DNA of 57,992 nt from Girardia tigrina (Eukaryota), in NCBI GenBank assembly GCA_001938485.1, contig MQRK01236553.1, positions 10,903 through 68,894 on the forward strand. Direction: 5' to 3'. A program made the position numbers and the translations under genes. Within the stretch, counting starts at the first letter, position 1. Every line of letters begins with the position of its first letter. Below are positions 25,701 to 39,100 of the stretch, piece after piece. Under the pieces are notes generated by a model, which made no database searches, was not told the origin of the DNA, and worked only from the letters and a program-made list of their open reading frames with translations.

Positions 25701-28700
25701 GTGTATTAAGAACGTTGATTTTAATTCAATATCAATGTTATTTGTATTAAATTCAGTGTGTATAAAATCTAAAAAATATATTCGTTTTGTAAATTGACTT
25801 CCTTCTCTAGTCAGATCACTCACTTTAAGAACATTTATTTACCCTCCAAATACTAATCAGACTTTGTAAATGGTTGTTTTTCTATCAATTTTATTAAGTT
25901 TTAAATCAAAACCCACAATAATTTAACTTTTAATTCGATTAGGTTTTTCGTTTCTGAAAATGAAATTCATAAAAAATTAAATCGTATCAATTCATTGTAA
26001 TCTTTACCATTGCTGTTGATTTCCTCTGCCCGTTCTATCATTCTTTTATCTATTCTTGAAGTATATGTCAAGCCAGTCTTTGAAATCTTCACTGTTTTCG
26101 TATGTCATACTTTGTATTTGTATTTAAAGTAAGCAAAAAAATTGGTAGTCTGAAACATACAGATCTAGACTGTTTTGAGGATGCATCAATGCAATGGAAT
26201 TCCTTGATGACAATCTTGGTGGTTTCTGCAGAATGTCTTCGGGTGTTTGGTGCTGTTGAACTACTTGACGACTAGGTTTCTTCTGTTGACTAGGCTTAAT
26301 TAAACTGCATCATTAGTTGGCTTTGATGTACTGGTCGATTATTTATTTCCGTTTCAGCAATCCTTTCGTTCGCATGTCCATAGAATCATACTTCCTTTTT
26401 TAAAATTCTCGTTGTAACCCTATGCTGAGAAACCGAAGCCCTTGCAATTTTAAAACGAAGATATTATTAATTTCCCAACAATTTATGTGTAATCTGAACT
26501 TCAGTTTTCGAATCTTATTCAGTCACTTCAAGTGGCGTTAAATAGTCCTCACTTCGGTCTATATCTTCATATTTTAACGTAAATTTTCATTCAAAAGTTC
26601 GTTCAAACGGTTCTCATTGAAGTCTGTTGGACGGCAAGAACGTAAAGCATCTAAATTCTGAACTGTCCCATTTAAATTTGGGGAAATATTTCTAAGTCTT
26701 TCGCCTGATAATAGTGTTCTCTCATCATACCATAACAATTTCTTAAGTTGCATTTGTGATTTTAGTACTATAATTGAACTCGAAAAGTAAATAGTATAGG
26801 AAATACAGAATTTTATCAACTTCATGTTCTATTATTAATACTAAAAATAAAAGAAAATTAGACATTCAAGAAAATCCATGGCGAATTGGTAAATAAAGAA
26901 TTTGTTGTCCACAAACATATAATACTTCACTGAACACAAAGAAAAGGACGAAAAATACATAAAAAATGAACAGACTCATGCCAAAACCTGAAAATTATGA
27001 CAAAGTATTGTTTTAATTCATTTCCAAAATCATTTTTATTAATTTTTATAAATCATAAAAAAACGAAAGTAGAAATTATAATTTAAGCTAAATATTTGTT
27101 AGGACTGTTCTACATTGGTAAATCAAGAAAAATCTGGAGAAATTCCTCCTGGACCGATTGCTTTCAAAGATTTTGAAGTTGAACAAAATGTTGAAGCACC
27201 AACTTCTGTAGAGATCAGAAATGCAAAAGTTTCATCATCAAGTTCAGAATCCAATTCTATCTCGAACGGCAAAGGCAAAGATTCTGTTTTAGAAACTAAA
27301 AGAAAAACTTCTTCTATCAGCAATTGTAATTCTGCATTGAATACAAGTATTAGCAGCAACACCTCAAATGGTACTTCTGGAAGCAGTAAAATTTTCAGTA
27401 AATTTTTTGGAGGAATTAAAAAAACTAAGGTTTTTCATTAATTTTTGTTGAATAATATTTATTATAATATCACATAATTATTGTCGAACTACTTATATAA
27501 TGTATTAGTCAAAGATCTACTATACTATTAGACGAGTAGAGAAACCGATGCTCAATCAGGTATACATGTAGCCTTAGCTATGCACTAACGGTACTCACTA
27601 AAAGCTTAGATTTGCTGTGCGTATTAAACTGCGAAATTTTACTAAAATCTTTGGTTTGATTTGTTTTGTGTCACAATAATTACTCTAGTTTTATAGGTTA
27701 ATAATAGCTAAAATCCAAACTAAACGTTAATCCATTAATGTTATTTGTTATATTTCATATCCTTTTTATATTAAGTCTTGTCATTTTAATGAAAGGGGTT
27801 AGGGGTCTTTATATATATTAATAATTAACTTTGCCAAAATATTTTGTGTTGTTTGTTGCTATTTGTACTTTGGGGTGAAGACCTCTTCAAATTAACACTT
27901 CGTAACAGGGTGCGACACTTCTGTAATAAACCGTTGTAACTCTTACAGGATCTCTAACTATTAACATATCACATTTTAAATCACTGTTGCATATCTGTTA
28001 CACACCGATCTATACAACATCGGTGATTTATTAGTACCTACATGTGGCGTTGGTTGTAGGATGATGAATTTGACAGTTCTCTCTATTACATTGTGTAGAG
28101 TGCGCGCATGCAAATTTCTTTAATAAATAAAAATATTTGTGCTATTGATATTGTTGATATTTTTGAAAAAACACAAAGGTAAATTGATTATTTTAGATTT
28201 TATTTACTTAGTTATATATAAAATAAATTGAAATATTGTTGTATCATTTTATTTTTGTAGCGTTGTAACACAATGTGACAGAACTGTAACACTCCCTTTT
28301 GTATAATTTTTTATATGTTTATTTTAAAAATAAATAAAAACAAAAAAATATGTGTTTCATTATTTACAAAAAGCTACTGTTTCACACAATATTTATGTTT
28401 TTTTTAAGATATTGAGTTACGAATGGTTAAGATATAAATTACAAATATCAAATTACAAAATGTATGAGAACTTTTGTCTTGTAATTTAATTATAAATATA
28501 TTATAATAAAAGGTGAATTATAGTATTAGATTGAAAATGTTTTTACAATTTTGTGCATGTTTTAATATGATCAGTAATTCGACGATTGATCATCATTATC
28601 CAATACTAACAGGGTCGTTCGTTACTTTCATTTTGTATATAATGTAGGTCCATTTACTCCTTTAAAATTTGCTTTATGAATATCTTATCTGAAGTGGATT

Positions 28701-31700
28701 TAGCGTTTACGTTAGTCCAGATAGTTCCATCAGCAGTAATTTCAATTTGCTGACGGTTACTTTTATTCGAAAGTGATACTATCTCAAAATTCTTCTTAGT
28801 CTACATACGTTCAGGGTTTCTCTTTTTCACTCTTCTGTTTCTGATTAGTCTTCTGAAATATCTGATAGTTTATTTTCAGGATCTAAGTCGTGTTGATGGA
28901 TATAGGAAAAGTCCTCTTATATTTGTTATGCCATCTAAAATTCTAAATACTTTCGTATGTCTCTAAACTTTTAGGTAAATTTTTATAACTGAATAAAAAT
29001 ATTCGAATTTTTCCCTTATTATAATAAAAGTATATATAATTAATAATGTAACAACCAATAATGTAATTTGACCGAGCGGTATATAAACTAGGTGACCCAA
29101 AATTCACGATCAATCAAATTTAAGAAATTTTAACATGTTATTTAATTATATTTTTGTTCGAATCTTGAAGTGACCGTAAAAATTCAAAGTGAACCTTTCC
29201 AGATGTAAGCAAATACGCCATCAAAGTCCGTGTTTTAAGTTCAGTGTGTAGGTTTGGATCAGATCAGTCAAAAATGGTCACAGAAAATATTAGAAATAAA
29301 TTGAAGGAAAAATATAATTTTGAACCACCTAATATTAAGTAAATCAAGCTCTGTTCAGAAAAATTATTCCAAGATGCAGTGTTGTTGAACGTCCCAGAAA
29401 TGGAAGATTAGAAATGTCAGAAAATAGAGAGAAGTGCTTGAGAAAAAATTCACTGATACATCAAAAACAGGAATTCGAAGACTACCAAATGAAAAAGGAA
29501 TTCTTAAGACTTCAGTCATTTGAATATTGATTAATTAAATTAATTCCAATCGAATTTTTATTAAAACCAGATCATAAGGCCCAAATTAATTTACTGTAGA
29601 ATAATCGTTAGTCCCTATGATTGGAAATTTAAAAAATATATTCGTTTCGGATGAATAGGCCGTGCATTTGACACTTAATTGTAAAAAGATGATCATTGAT
29701 AGTAAAAAATCCATATTTTCTAAATCGAATACAAAGTTTTAGTCCTAAAGTCATGATATGGGCTATCATGAATGAAAGCATCTGCTTTTTACATTTTTAT
29801 ACAAGGAAAAGTCAATTCTCAGAGCTATCTGAGCATGCTCCAATATTAAGTCTACCCGGAAATACTTAAAAGAGGACTAAAGAGAATCTACCACTTGGAG
29901 CAGGGCAGTGAACAAGCTCATTCAGCGAAAATCGGGAAGTATTATTTGAATGAAAGTTTTCGGGAAGATGCGTGGGAACATTTGGCATACACCATGGACA
30001 TGGTTTAGATCTCACTTCATATAACAATGCACTGGGGTGTATTGTTAAGAAAATAGTGCAAAAAATGTTCCAAAAAACTACGTTTCAATTTACAAAAGTG
30101 ATTAGGATTGCTTTTCATCACGTCAACTGTGAAATGCTGTGAAAAATAGAGTCAAAATCTTTCTGTCTGTTAGAAACTAGGAGGTATTCAAGTCGACCAA
30201 TTTAATGTTTTGTTTACATTTATAATTTATATTAAAATTATCTTTATTCTAAAGAAAAAAATATTGAGTTTCAAATTAAAGGAAAAATTTTGACTGGTCC
30301 TGCTTTTTGGGAGCCCCGTAGGTATATCACATACGTATACCAGAAAAATGGAGATTAGCTTTATATATAATTAGCTTTTAATACTATTTAGTATATAAAC
30401 TAAAAAAGTCGTAATATAATAAAATATTAAATGAGATTTTAAATTGATACAACCGGTCATTTTGATCGGTCGGTAGTATTAGTTTTTGATAAAACTAATT
30501 TTGAATTAATCATTTTATTGGTTTTTAATTATTATTTTATAAAATATTTTAATTTAAACATTTATTTCAATGTGACTGTAGTGTTGCATATCCTTGTAAT
30601 CTTTACATAAATTTATTTCGAATAATTGACAGTAGACCTCTCAATTATCTCACAATCTCTTAGTAGTTCATTCAATGAAATACAATCTGTTATTTTTTAT
30701 TAACACTTGATGCGTTAATTGAGATGTTCGTATGTTATATGTATTTTTATAATTTGTATATGTATTTTTATATTATAATTTTCCATTAATTTTAATAATA
30801 TATTTCAACAGTTATCGTATAAATTCTAGATAGTAACACACGTATGAAGAATTGTAAATAACAATATTGATTTTCAAAAAAGAGGTCATACGATGAAGAA
30901 GGGATGAAAAAAATTTTATTCATCATAAACATTATAAATATTGTCTAATTTTTATTTTATAATTTTAAATAATGATAAATACAAAAGTTGATTTAATCTA
31001 AAATTGAACCCTGTATTTACTTGGTCAAAATTATTTTTTAAAAATAATCATCACACCTGTGAAGGACAGGTTCATTCTTTAATTTTTTTGAAATAATTAA
31101 TTTTTATAAATAATCTCTAAAATAAGGAAATATTTAAAATCAAAATTTTTCTAAACAGTTATAACTAAAAAATATCTTTAATTAATTTTAAAAAGTTATT
31201 TTCATAAATAATTGAATTTTAATTGTTTTGCATTTATTTTAAAAGTTATTCTGAAGAATAACTTTATGAAATTTTTGTTGTCAGAGATGTAATAAAAAAA
31301 GAGATAATTTTAAATTTAAAAGTCAGTTGGAAATTCTCCCAATTAAAATTCGATAAATAATTAATAAAAAAATATATATCGAAACTGCCATTAAAAATTT
31401 TATAATTAATGAATCGTTAACAAATAATAATAAATTTAAATATTGTAAATTATTTTTGTATTTTAAATTCGTAAATTGTATTTTAAAATCGTAAATTGTA
31501 TTTCAAAAAAAACAAATGAAACGAATAAATAGTTAAAATAATTCTAGATAATGAAATGTTTTTTTTAAAAAAATTGAAATATTGATAATAAATAAAACGT
31601 TAAACTCTTTTTTTGTTAATTTGGAGAAAATAAATGTTGCTGATTTTATACTGATTTTATATTAAATTTTATCAAATAATAGAATGTTAATCTATAAACT

Positions 31701-34700
31701 TAATGAAAAAAATTCAATTTTTAAAATCTCGTTTTTAATAAATAGCTTATCAGTATTTATAATTCCATATTTTTATGTATAAGAAATCTGGCCAAAAGAA
31801 AACTAAAGTTCCCCAAGAAAAATTGTTTAAATAATTGTTATTTGTGTTATTAATAAATTTTGGTGTTAATGAATTATAATCTTGATCAAGAACCCAACAA
31901 TACCTATCAGAATTTATACGATAATTTATTTTATATGAATAATTTGAATAGTTGTTCAAATTAAAAAATTCTCAATGTTGTCTCCCAAATCTAACATAAC
32001 ATTTCATTTATTAATCAAATTCTCAAGAGTGTAATTTATTAATTTAAGGTCTTAATGCTTCACTTTTAATAAGTCGTAAGAAGTAGAAACCTGCATTATT
32101 AAAAAATCCTTTCTCTATTGAACGAATAAAAAAACGATTTTTTGTCTTTGAGTAGTGCAAAAGAGATACATGAAGCTTATTTCTTTTCTAGGGTAATAAC
32201 TGAACTTTCTAAAAAAAATGAGAGATTTCCTTGAGAGACGATTGGAAGATGCTGCTTAAATCACTGAAAATGACTAAAACTTTTGAATATCTATTTTTCA
32301 TAGATTGCCTGAAAAAGTTGTCAAAGGTCGGAAACCTGCAAACGCTTCATTCTATTTTTCACTTTACAATTTTAATAGTATTTTTATATTTTCACAAATA
32401 AAAGAAAAAATTTACAATAGTTAGAAAGTATTGTGAAATTATGGATATTTTAAAGTCCCTCAAAATGTAAATTGGTACAAAGATCAAGAACGCGGGAAAA
32501 TACACTTTCAATAAAAAGTGGTAAGAAAATAAAGGAAAATAGACTTTCATTAAAAAGTGAGAAGATGAATTATTCTCTCTCCTTGTTATGAAAAACATAT
32601 GCCTCTTTGCCATCGCAAAATTACTACCATTAAAAGTAAATGGTAAAACAGTATTATGACTTTCACAAAAATCACTAATATTCAAAATTAAAGGGTTTAA
32701 ACGAGTTATTGAGTTCAATTGAGTTCAACGAGTGTTTTCGAAATGTCCGACTGAAGGGAGCATCTGGGCCCATAGGGATGATCCCTCTTGTTTCGGATTG
32801 CTAGTCGACGGTCGATATTCGTGAAAGTCATACGGCAAATTTCTCTGCACAATCAAATCGAAATTCATTGCTATCGAATTTTTAGGTAGAAGGATTTCAA
32901 CGTAAAGAGGTTGTTGAGAAACAGTGAGAAGTCCCGAGTTCAGTTTGGAGAGAATACCGCTCTTTGTCATGAGTTCGTACCCGAGCTGTTGTTCGACAAG
33001 TCTTCCAATCGTCTCCAGTATATTTACATGTGCCAATAGATCCTCTGGTTTTACCTTTACTTGCAAATACATCTCAGTTACATCGCTTACTAATGCAATT
33101 TTATGTTTCCGAAACCTCAATAACACATCGACGATATCGCGTTGCAATTTTGGACCAGTTTCAATCCAATCATTCAAACTCATTCCCCGAGACATTGCAG
33201 CTGCATCGAAAACTATACGTACTTTTGTAGTTTCTTTATCCCTTCGGATCACTGGAAAATGAGGGACCCACCATCCGGTTTCTAATTCTTCCTCACTATT
33301 CAATTTTCTAATATATCCTTTTTTGTTATAATNNTCAATAATGCGATGATATTCCAACTTTAATTCTTCATCTTTTGCGAATCTTCTCATCAAACTTTCT
33401 AGTCGTCTCTTTGCCATGTCCAAGTTCCCTTCCGGTTCCAAAGTTCCAACTTTCCAAGGCAGACTCACCTGATAACGATCTTCATTCCAACACATTGAAG
33501 CAACACTTCTCTGCCAAACTTCTTGATCGTTAGGAGTCCACTCCTTCTTCTGACAAGGTTCTTCGAGCTCCCAAAATCGTTTGACTTCCTCGTCCAAGTT
33601 TCGGATACAATAAGTCCAAAGTGTTTTATCTCGGTTCTGATTCCCAAGGTAGGATGGCACTATTCCTATGCATGACCACCCCAAAGGTGTCAATCTTGCG
33701 ATCGGTTCTCCTTCATTTCCTCTCACTTCTTCTATTGAAGAATGCAATTCAGGATAATTCGCTCCTATGAGCATATCCACCGATCCTTTTGCTTCGAAAT
33801 GAGGAAATGGAACATCTTTCAAATGATCCCAATTGGGAGCTAATTTTCTCCAATTTAAGGAAGTCATATTCCCAACGATACTGCTCACCACTGGCGCACG
33901 AATTCTCTTCTTGACTTTTCCGTTCATACTGTTCAGCTCAAAATTTACTTCCTTGACATTTAATCGTCGTTTGACACCTCCAATCACACCGACGGAAAGA
34001 TTTTCATCCCTTCCATCCAAACCCAACTCTTTTACCACCTTTTCACTAATGTAAGTGCCGGAACTCGCATCGTCAAGGAGAGCATTAATTACCAAAATTT
34101 TTTTGTCTTGTTTAACAATTACTGGAACTGTTCTTAGTGCGACATGACGATTTCCACACGTATTCCCAGTCTCAGACGTAACTAAAGATGTCTCTCCATC
34201 AATTACCGAATCAACTTTTCTTCCAACACTCTCTCTTTTATCATAATGAAGTAATAAATGGTGCATTTTACCACACTGACCACAACTTCTCATGAATCTG
34301 CAATCCTTGACTTGATGATTTCCCCTGAGGCAGTTGAAGCACAAATTCTCCTTTTTTACAATGTCACATCGTGCCGCAACAGTCAGGTCTTGGAAATCAC
34401 CACACTTGTCCAGTGAATGATCCTTAAGACATTTTACACATTTCCTCCAACTCTCTTGTCTGGATCTCGATTCACTGTTGTTGCCATGGGTTACATAGGA
34501 AGCCACTTTATCTATTCTTCGAGGACTCACTCCAAATAATGTTTCCTGAACACCCCTCCTCAAACTCGCTTCTTCCTGTATCCACTCGTGCAACTTCTCG
34601 ATGCTTCTCTCCTCCGATTGGTTGCGAAACCATTTTTCATATTTCAATAACCTCTTTGCTGGGAGCTTCTTCAACAATGTCTGAAGCAAAACTCCGTCCT

Positions 34701-36060
34701 GTAGCTCTGGCTCCTTGTTAATCTCCTTCAGTCTTACAACCACATTTTCGATCATCTCGGCAAATTTCTCGATTTCCCCAACTGACTCCTCTTTGACAAT
34801 CCGGAAATTATCTATATCTTCCAAAACTGAAAGATACAGCCGTCTAGCTCCTCCAAACCTTGACTCCAAACGTTGCAATGCTTTATCGAAGGCAGACTCC
34901 CCATAGCCTAAACTCTCGATCAGTTTCAAGGCTGGCCCAGTCAAATAATTCCTCAAGTGAAGAAGTTTTTCCTCCTTAGAAGCACTTGCCTGTTCGATGC
35001 AATGCTTGAACGCTGCTCTCCAACTTTCATATTCCTTCACGTTACCAGAAAACGTTGGAATCGAAAGTTTCTTAAACCCAGACAAAGTTCGTTTTTCTGT
35101 TGCACTGTCATCGTTATTACTCAAGCTTTCAGCATTAATCAACTTTTTCTCCTCCCTTCCTTGCACTATATGTTCAATATCCTCATATTTCGACTCTAGA
35201 TCTTTGAGATCTTTTTCTAGTTCTTGAACCTGATCCTCTTTTTCCAATTTTATGCCGAGCACAGTTAAATCATCCAGTTCTTCTATCACTTGAAGGTATT
35301 TCTCCTCGTATCGTCGTCTAGCCTCTTTTCTATTCGATTAATAATTTCTGAGCAGAACTCGATAAAATTTGATTGTCGATAAATACCATATCGAAGATGG
35401 CCTCGATAAATTCTGTTGTAAATTTCATGACTTCACAATTGTCCTTGTTCGTATCAATGNNNNNNNNNNNNNNNNNNNNNNNNNNNNNNNNNNNNNNNNN
35501 NNNNNNNNNNNTAATCAATGACTTCAACAATGTCGATGAATTATTGGCGAATTCATCCGAGAAATATTTCAATAAAACTCGAGCGAGATCTCGAGATATT
35601 TCATACAACGTTTCATCGTAGAAATTTAGAAACGATAAAATTTGATGATGTCCATCGGTGACAGCAAATCAATGGTGCAATTGTGAGAAGTGTTCGAGAG
35701 GAATATGAAAATTCGCCTGCATTCATCGACACTCAATTGCCGAGTGGCTGTAATGTTCAATAAATCGCTATCAATCTTCATTAGATATTCAAAACTCAAA
35801 GTGTCGGCAAATAATATTTATTGATTCAAAAACTGAGGCAACAACAATCACGCAAGCGATTAAATTGATGAATTAAAACAACATTCCAGTATTATTAAAC
35901 TGGATTTTTCTCAAAATTTAATCACAATACAAAAAAAACTTTATAAATATATATAATTTTTTTTATGTTTAATTTTAATAACAATTAAATATATAGATAT
36001 ATATATATATNNNNNNNNNNNNNNNNNNNNNNNNNNNNNNNNNNNNNNNNNNNNNNNNNN

Positions 36061-36113
<53 letters not shown>

Positions 36114-39100
36114 CAATTCTTAACAACGAGTTATTATCAAAAGATATCCTTTCATCAGAGCATTTCTCTCCCTTATTAAATTGACAGAATGGTGTGGACA
36201 AATACAGTGGGATTATCGAATTCTTTCTTAAGAAGGACAATGATAGATCTGAAGTCTTTGAAAAAGACGAAGAGAAATTGATGATTGATTTTCAACGACA
36301 TTTCGTTTCTGTAACACTTGCAAATGGAACTGATCGATTTATCAAATGAAAATTTATTAACATATCAATTTAACTTCAAAGGTAATCCAGTGAAGACATT
36401 CGAAAATGCAGTGGAGTACTCCTGACTACATCAGCATATCAATCGTTCATTCAGTACTTTTTGGTCAATATATTGTTGTGAATCAACATTTTCCTATTTA
36501 ACTCTCATCAAATCAAAGCTGATAACCCAACCGACAGATGTTTGTTTTTGAAGATTGTTTGAGTTTTGAAGCGAAAGCTCTTTGAACTTAGTTTAAAAGC
36601 ATTGGTTAAAAGTAAACAATCAATAAAATTACAAAGTCCGTTTTAGTTACAGCTTCATTATGTTTACACACTTGTTAATAATACAGGGTTTTTAAAAACA
36701 TGTATCTTTGTCCACAAACCTTTGTAAGAAGTTAGAACTGCTACGTGCATTTTCACTAAAAAGGCTCCCCTCCTAAAATTATGAGGTCTTCTAAACCACG
36801 ATTTTATTCTAAAGATATGAATCTTCTGAGAAAATGAAAACAGTAAAGGGACATATTCTCAAACCAGCCATTTTTTCAAGGTACTGTACACATATTTTAA
36901 CACAAATGTATGATGACTCAAAATCTCTGAATGAATTATTTCGAAGGTATTAAAATATAAATCAAACCCATATATGATTAATTCACTATTATAAAATAAA
37001 CGTTGGATTATTATAGTTTACAACAAATATCTCCAGTTTATTTAAAATGTAATTCCTCCAGGGCATTGTTGACATATTTCGAATCCATTTGTAATCCAAA
37101 GTGGTCATGTGGTAAAATTATTTAAGTTCACACTTATTTCGTAATGCTAAAAGTGAATTGAAATACTGATTTAATATGTCTGTAATTTCGTCCAGAATCC
37201 TTATAAACAATACAATCATGACCTGGCATAAAAGCTTTATGAATCACCCCTGTCGTGGTCATTACCTTTTCAAACTGAGTGAAATTTCTGAACAAATGAC
37301 TATCTTATGTCTAATGTCTTCAAATCTAACAAAGTCTTGACCTCTCTCAGGAATATATGTCTGTCATTCGTTAGAAAGATGATTAATTTAATATTCTTTA
37401 TCCTTAAATTTTGCTTTTAAAATCCTTTAGAGATATTTCCTAGCGTAGTATTAGTTACACTTTTAGAAATGTATCCACCTATTTGATTTGATCACATTTG
37501 ATAATTAAGGTAATGAAAAAGATTATTTCGGAGAAGTTTTTACACATGATGACGCGAAGTGGTTCAGATACATATAAGGTTACTAATGTGTTTTTACGCA
37601 ATATTGTTATTTTTTTAGGTTAATAATAACGAATACTAATATTTCATATTAGTGACAACTTGTTGAGATATATTAAAATGCATCTTGTCATTAAATCATT
37701 ATTTACTAGGACTTTTTGGCTTTAGGTCAATTGGTCTAAGAAATTGGTCTAAATAAATAAATTAACTAACAAAAAATTTGTCTAAAATTACGATAAGGAT
37801 AATGGTCTCCCAATTTCGATATCAAGATGTGGAACTGCTATGGAAGTATTTTGGAAGGATTATCTAAGACAAACAATTATATTGAGGCATGATATCGTAA
37901 CTTTCTTTTCCAAGTATCCGGTAATCATCCAAATATATTGGAAGTTTATCACTGCAATAAAAAATGAACAATCACTAAACGAACTAAAAGGTGAACAATT
38001 TGTTAGTTGACAGCAGCTAGCAAGGAAAAAATATTTTGATTGTGCAGAGAGACTAAAAACAATTATATAGACTTGGGATGATGAAATGACTAAAATTTTC
38101 ACAGTGGTGTAGCTCATAATGTGAAATGTTAATACAGTCTGTTCATTGGCGGATTTTTTACAATTTTAATTTCACTTATTGTTATTTTGATTGTTTTCTT
38201 TTAGACTAATTTGTGTTTAGACCAGTTGGTCGGCTCCCGACTATTTATATCTAAATTTAGTTTTCTGTTTCACACAGGGTTTCTATTTTTATGTTGTTTC
38301 TTTTAGAATTTTTGAAGAGCAACTTTTGGAGTATCTTTGGTTTGTGACACCATTTCTTGTAGATTTTTATAACAAACTTTTGGTCATTCTACATTTCACG
38401 GAATTCTTCAAATACAATCTTGTAAAAAGATTTTCATTTTCTATCAAGACAGTGATTATCCTTTTATTCATTTTTTTGACATATAATGAAATTTAAATAA
38501 TTTTTCTTACAAATTATTCATACAAATATTTACCATTTCGTTTAAAAACTTCATTTTACTTGAAATATAATTATCATGTATTCGGTTTTTGCATTTCTAA
38601 TGAACCAGTGATTTGAATATCTGTGTTAGAATTCTATTAGATGAAATCATATGTTCGATTTTGTAGTCATAAAGTATTGGTTAAATAAGAGACTTTTGTC
38701 ATCAATGATGATCATTTCTTCTCGATCTTAGCGAACAAAAAGATCGTTTTCACGTTCTACTTGTATTCTGTGTTTATTCATATTCAAAAGTTATGAAGAT
38801 TTTCATTCCATACCGCCAGAAAAGACTGTCTTTAAAAACATTTTAACCTTTTAAGTCTTTATGCGTACCTAAATAAGACTTACGGTTCTCTATTTGAAAC
38901 GTGATATAAAGGAGACTTACCAATATTGAATTATTGGCAATACCGTTTTTGTTATTCAACACTGAATAGTTCCACTTTTTACTTTAAATATTTTTTGTAT
39001 TTATGTTTTCTTAATTGAAACATGTAATTTATATGCTATTTTATTTTAAAATAACTATATATAGTTTATTTTAATCTTCAGTTGCTGAGAATAAATATTA

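Noticed and set aside
32880-33040. Reading the BEL ORF tail as BEL integrase C-terminus (YTGDDWK in another frame)
   Set aside because: Only a short frameshifted resemblance, with no PPT/LTR after it. The uninterrupted PSMD5-like pattern is longer, but this remains the main alternative.
36130-36162. Minus-strand CTGATGA followed by a short stem (hammerhead?)
   Set aside because: No GAAA box or helix I; the same holds for CTGATGA at ~45562 (minus) and CTGAAGA at 21293.
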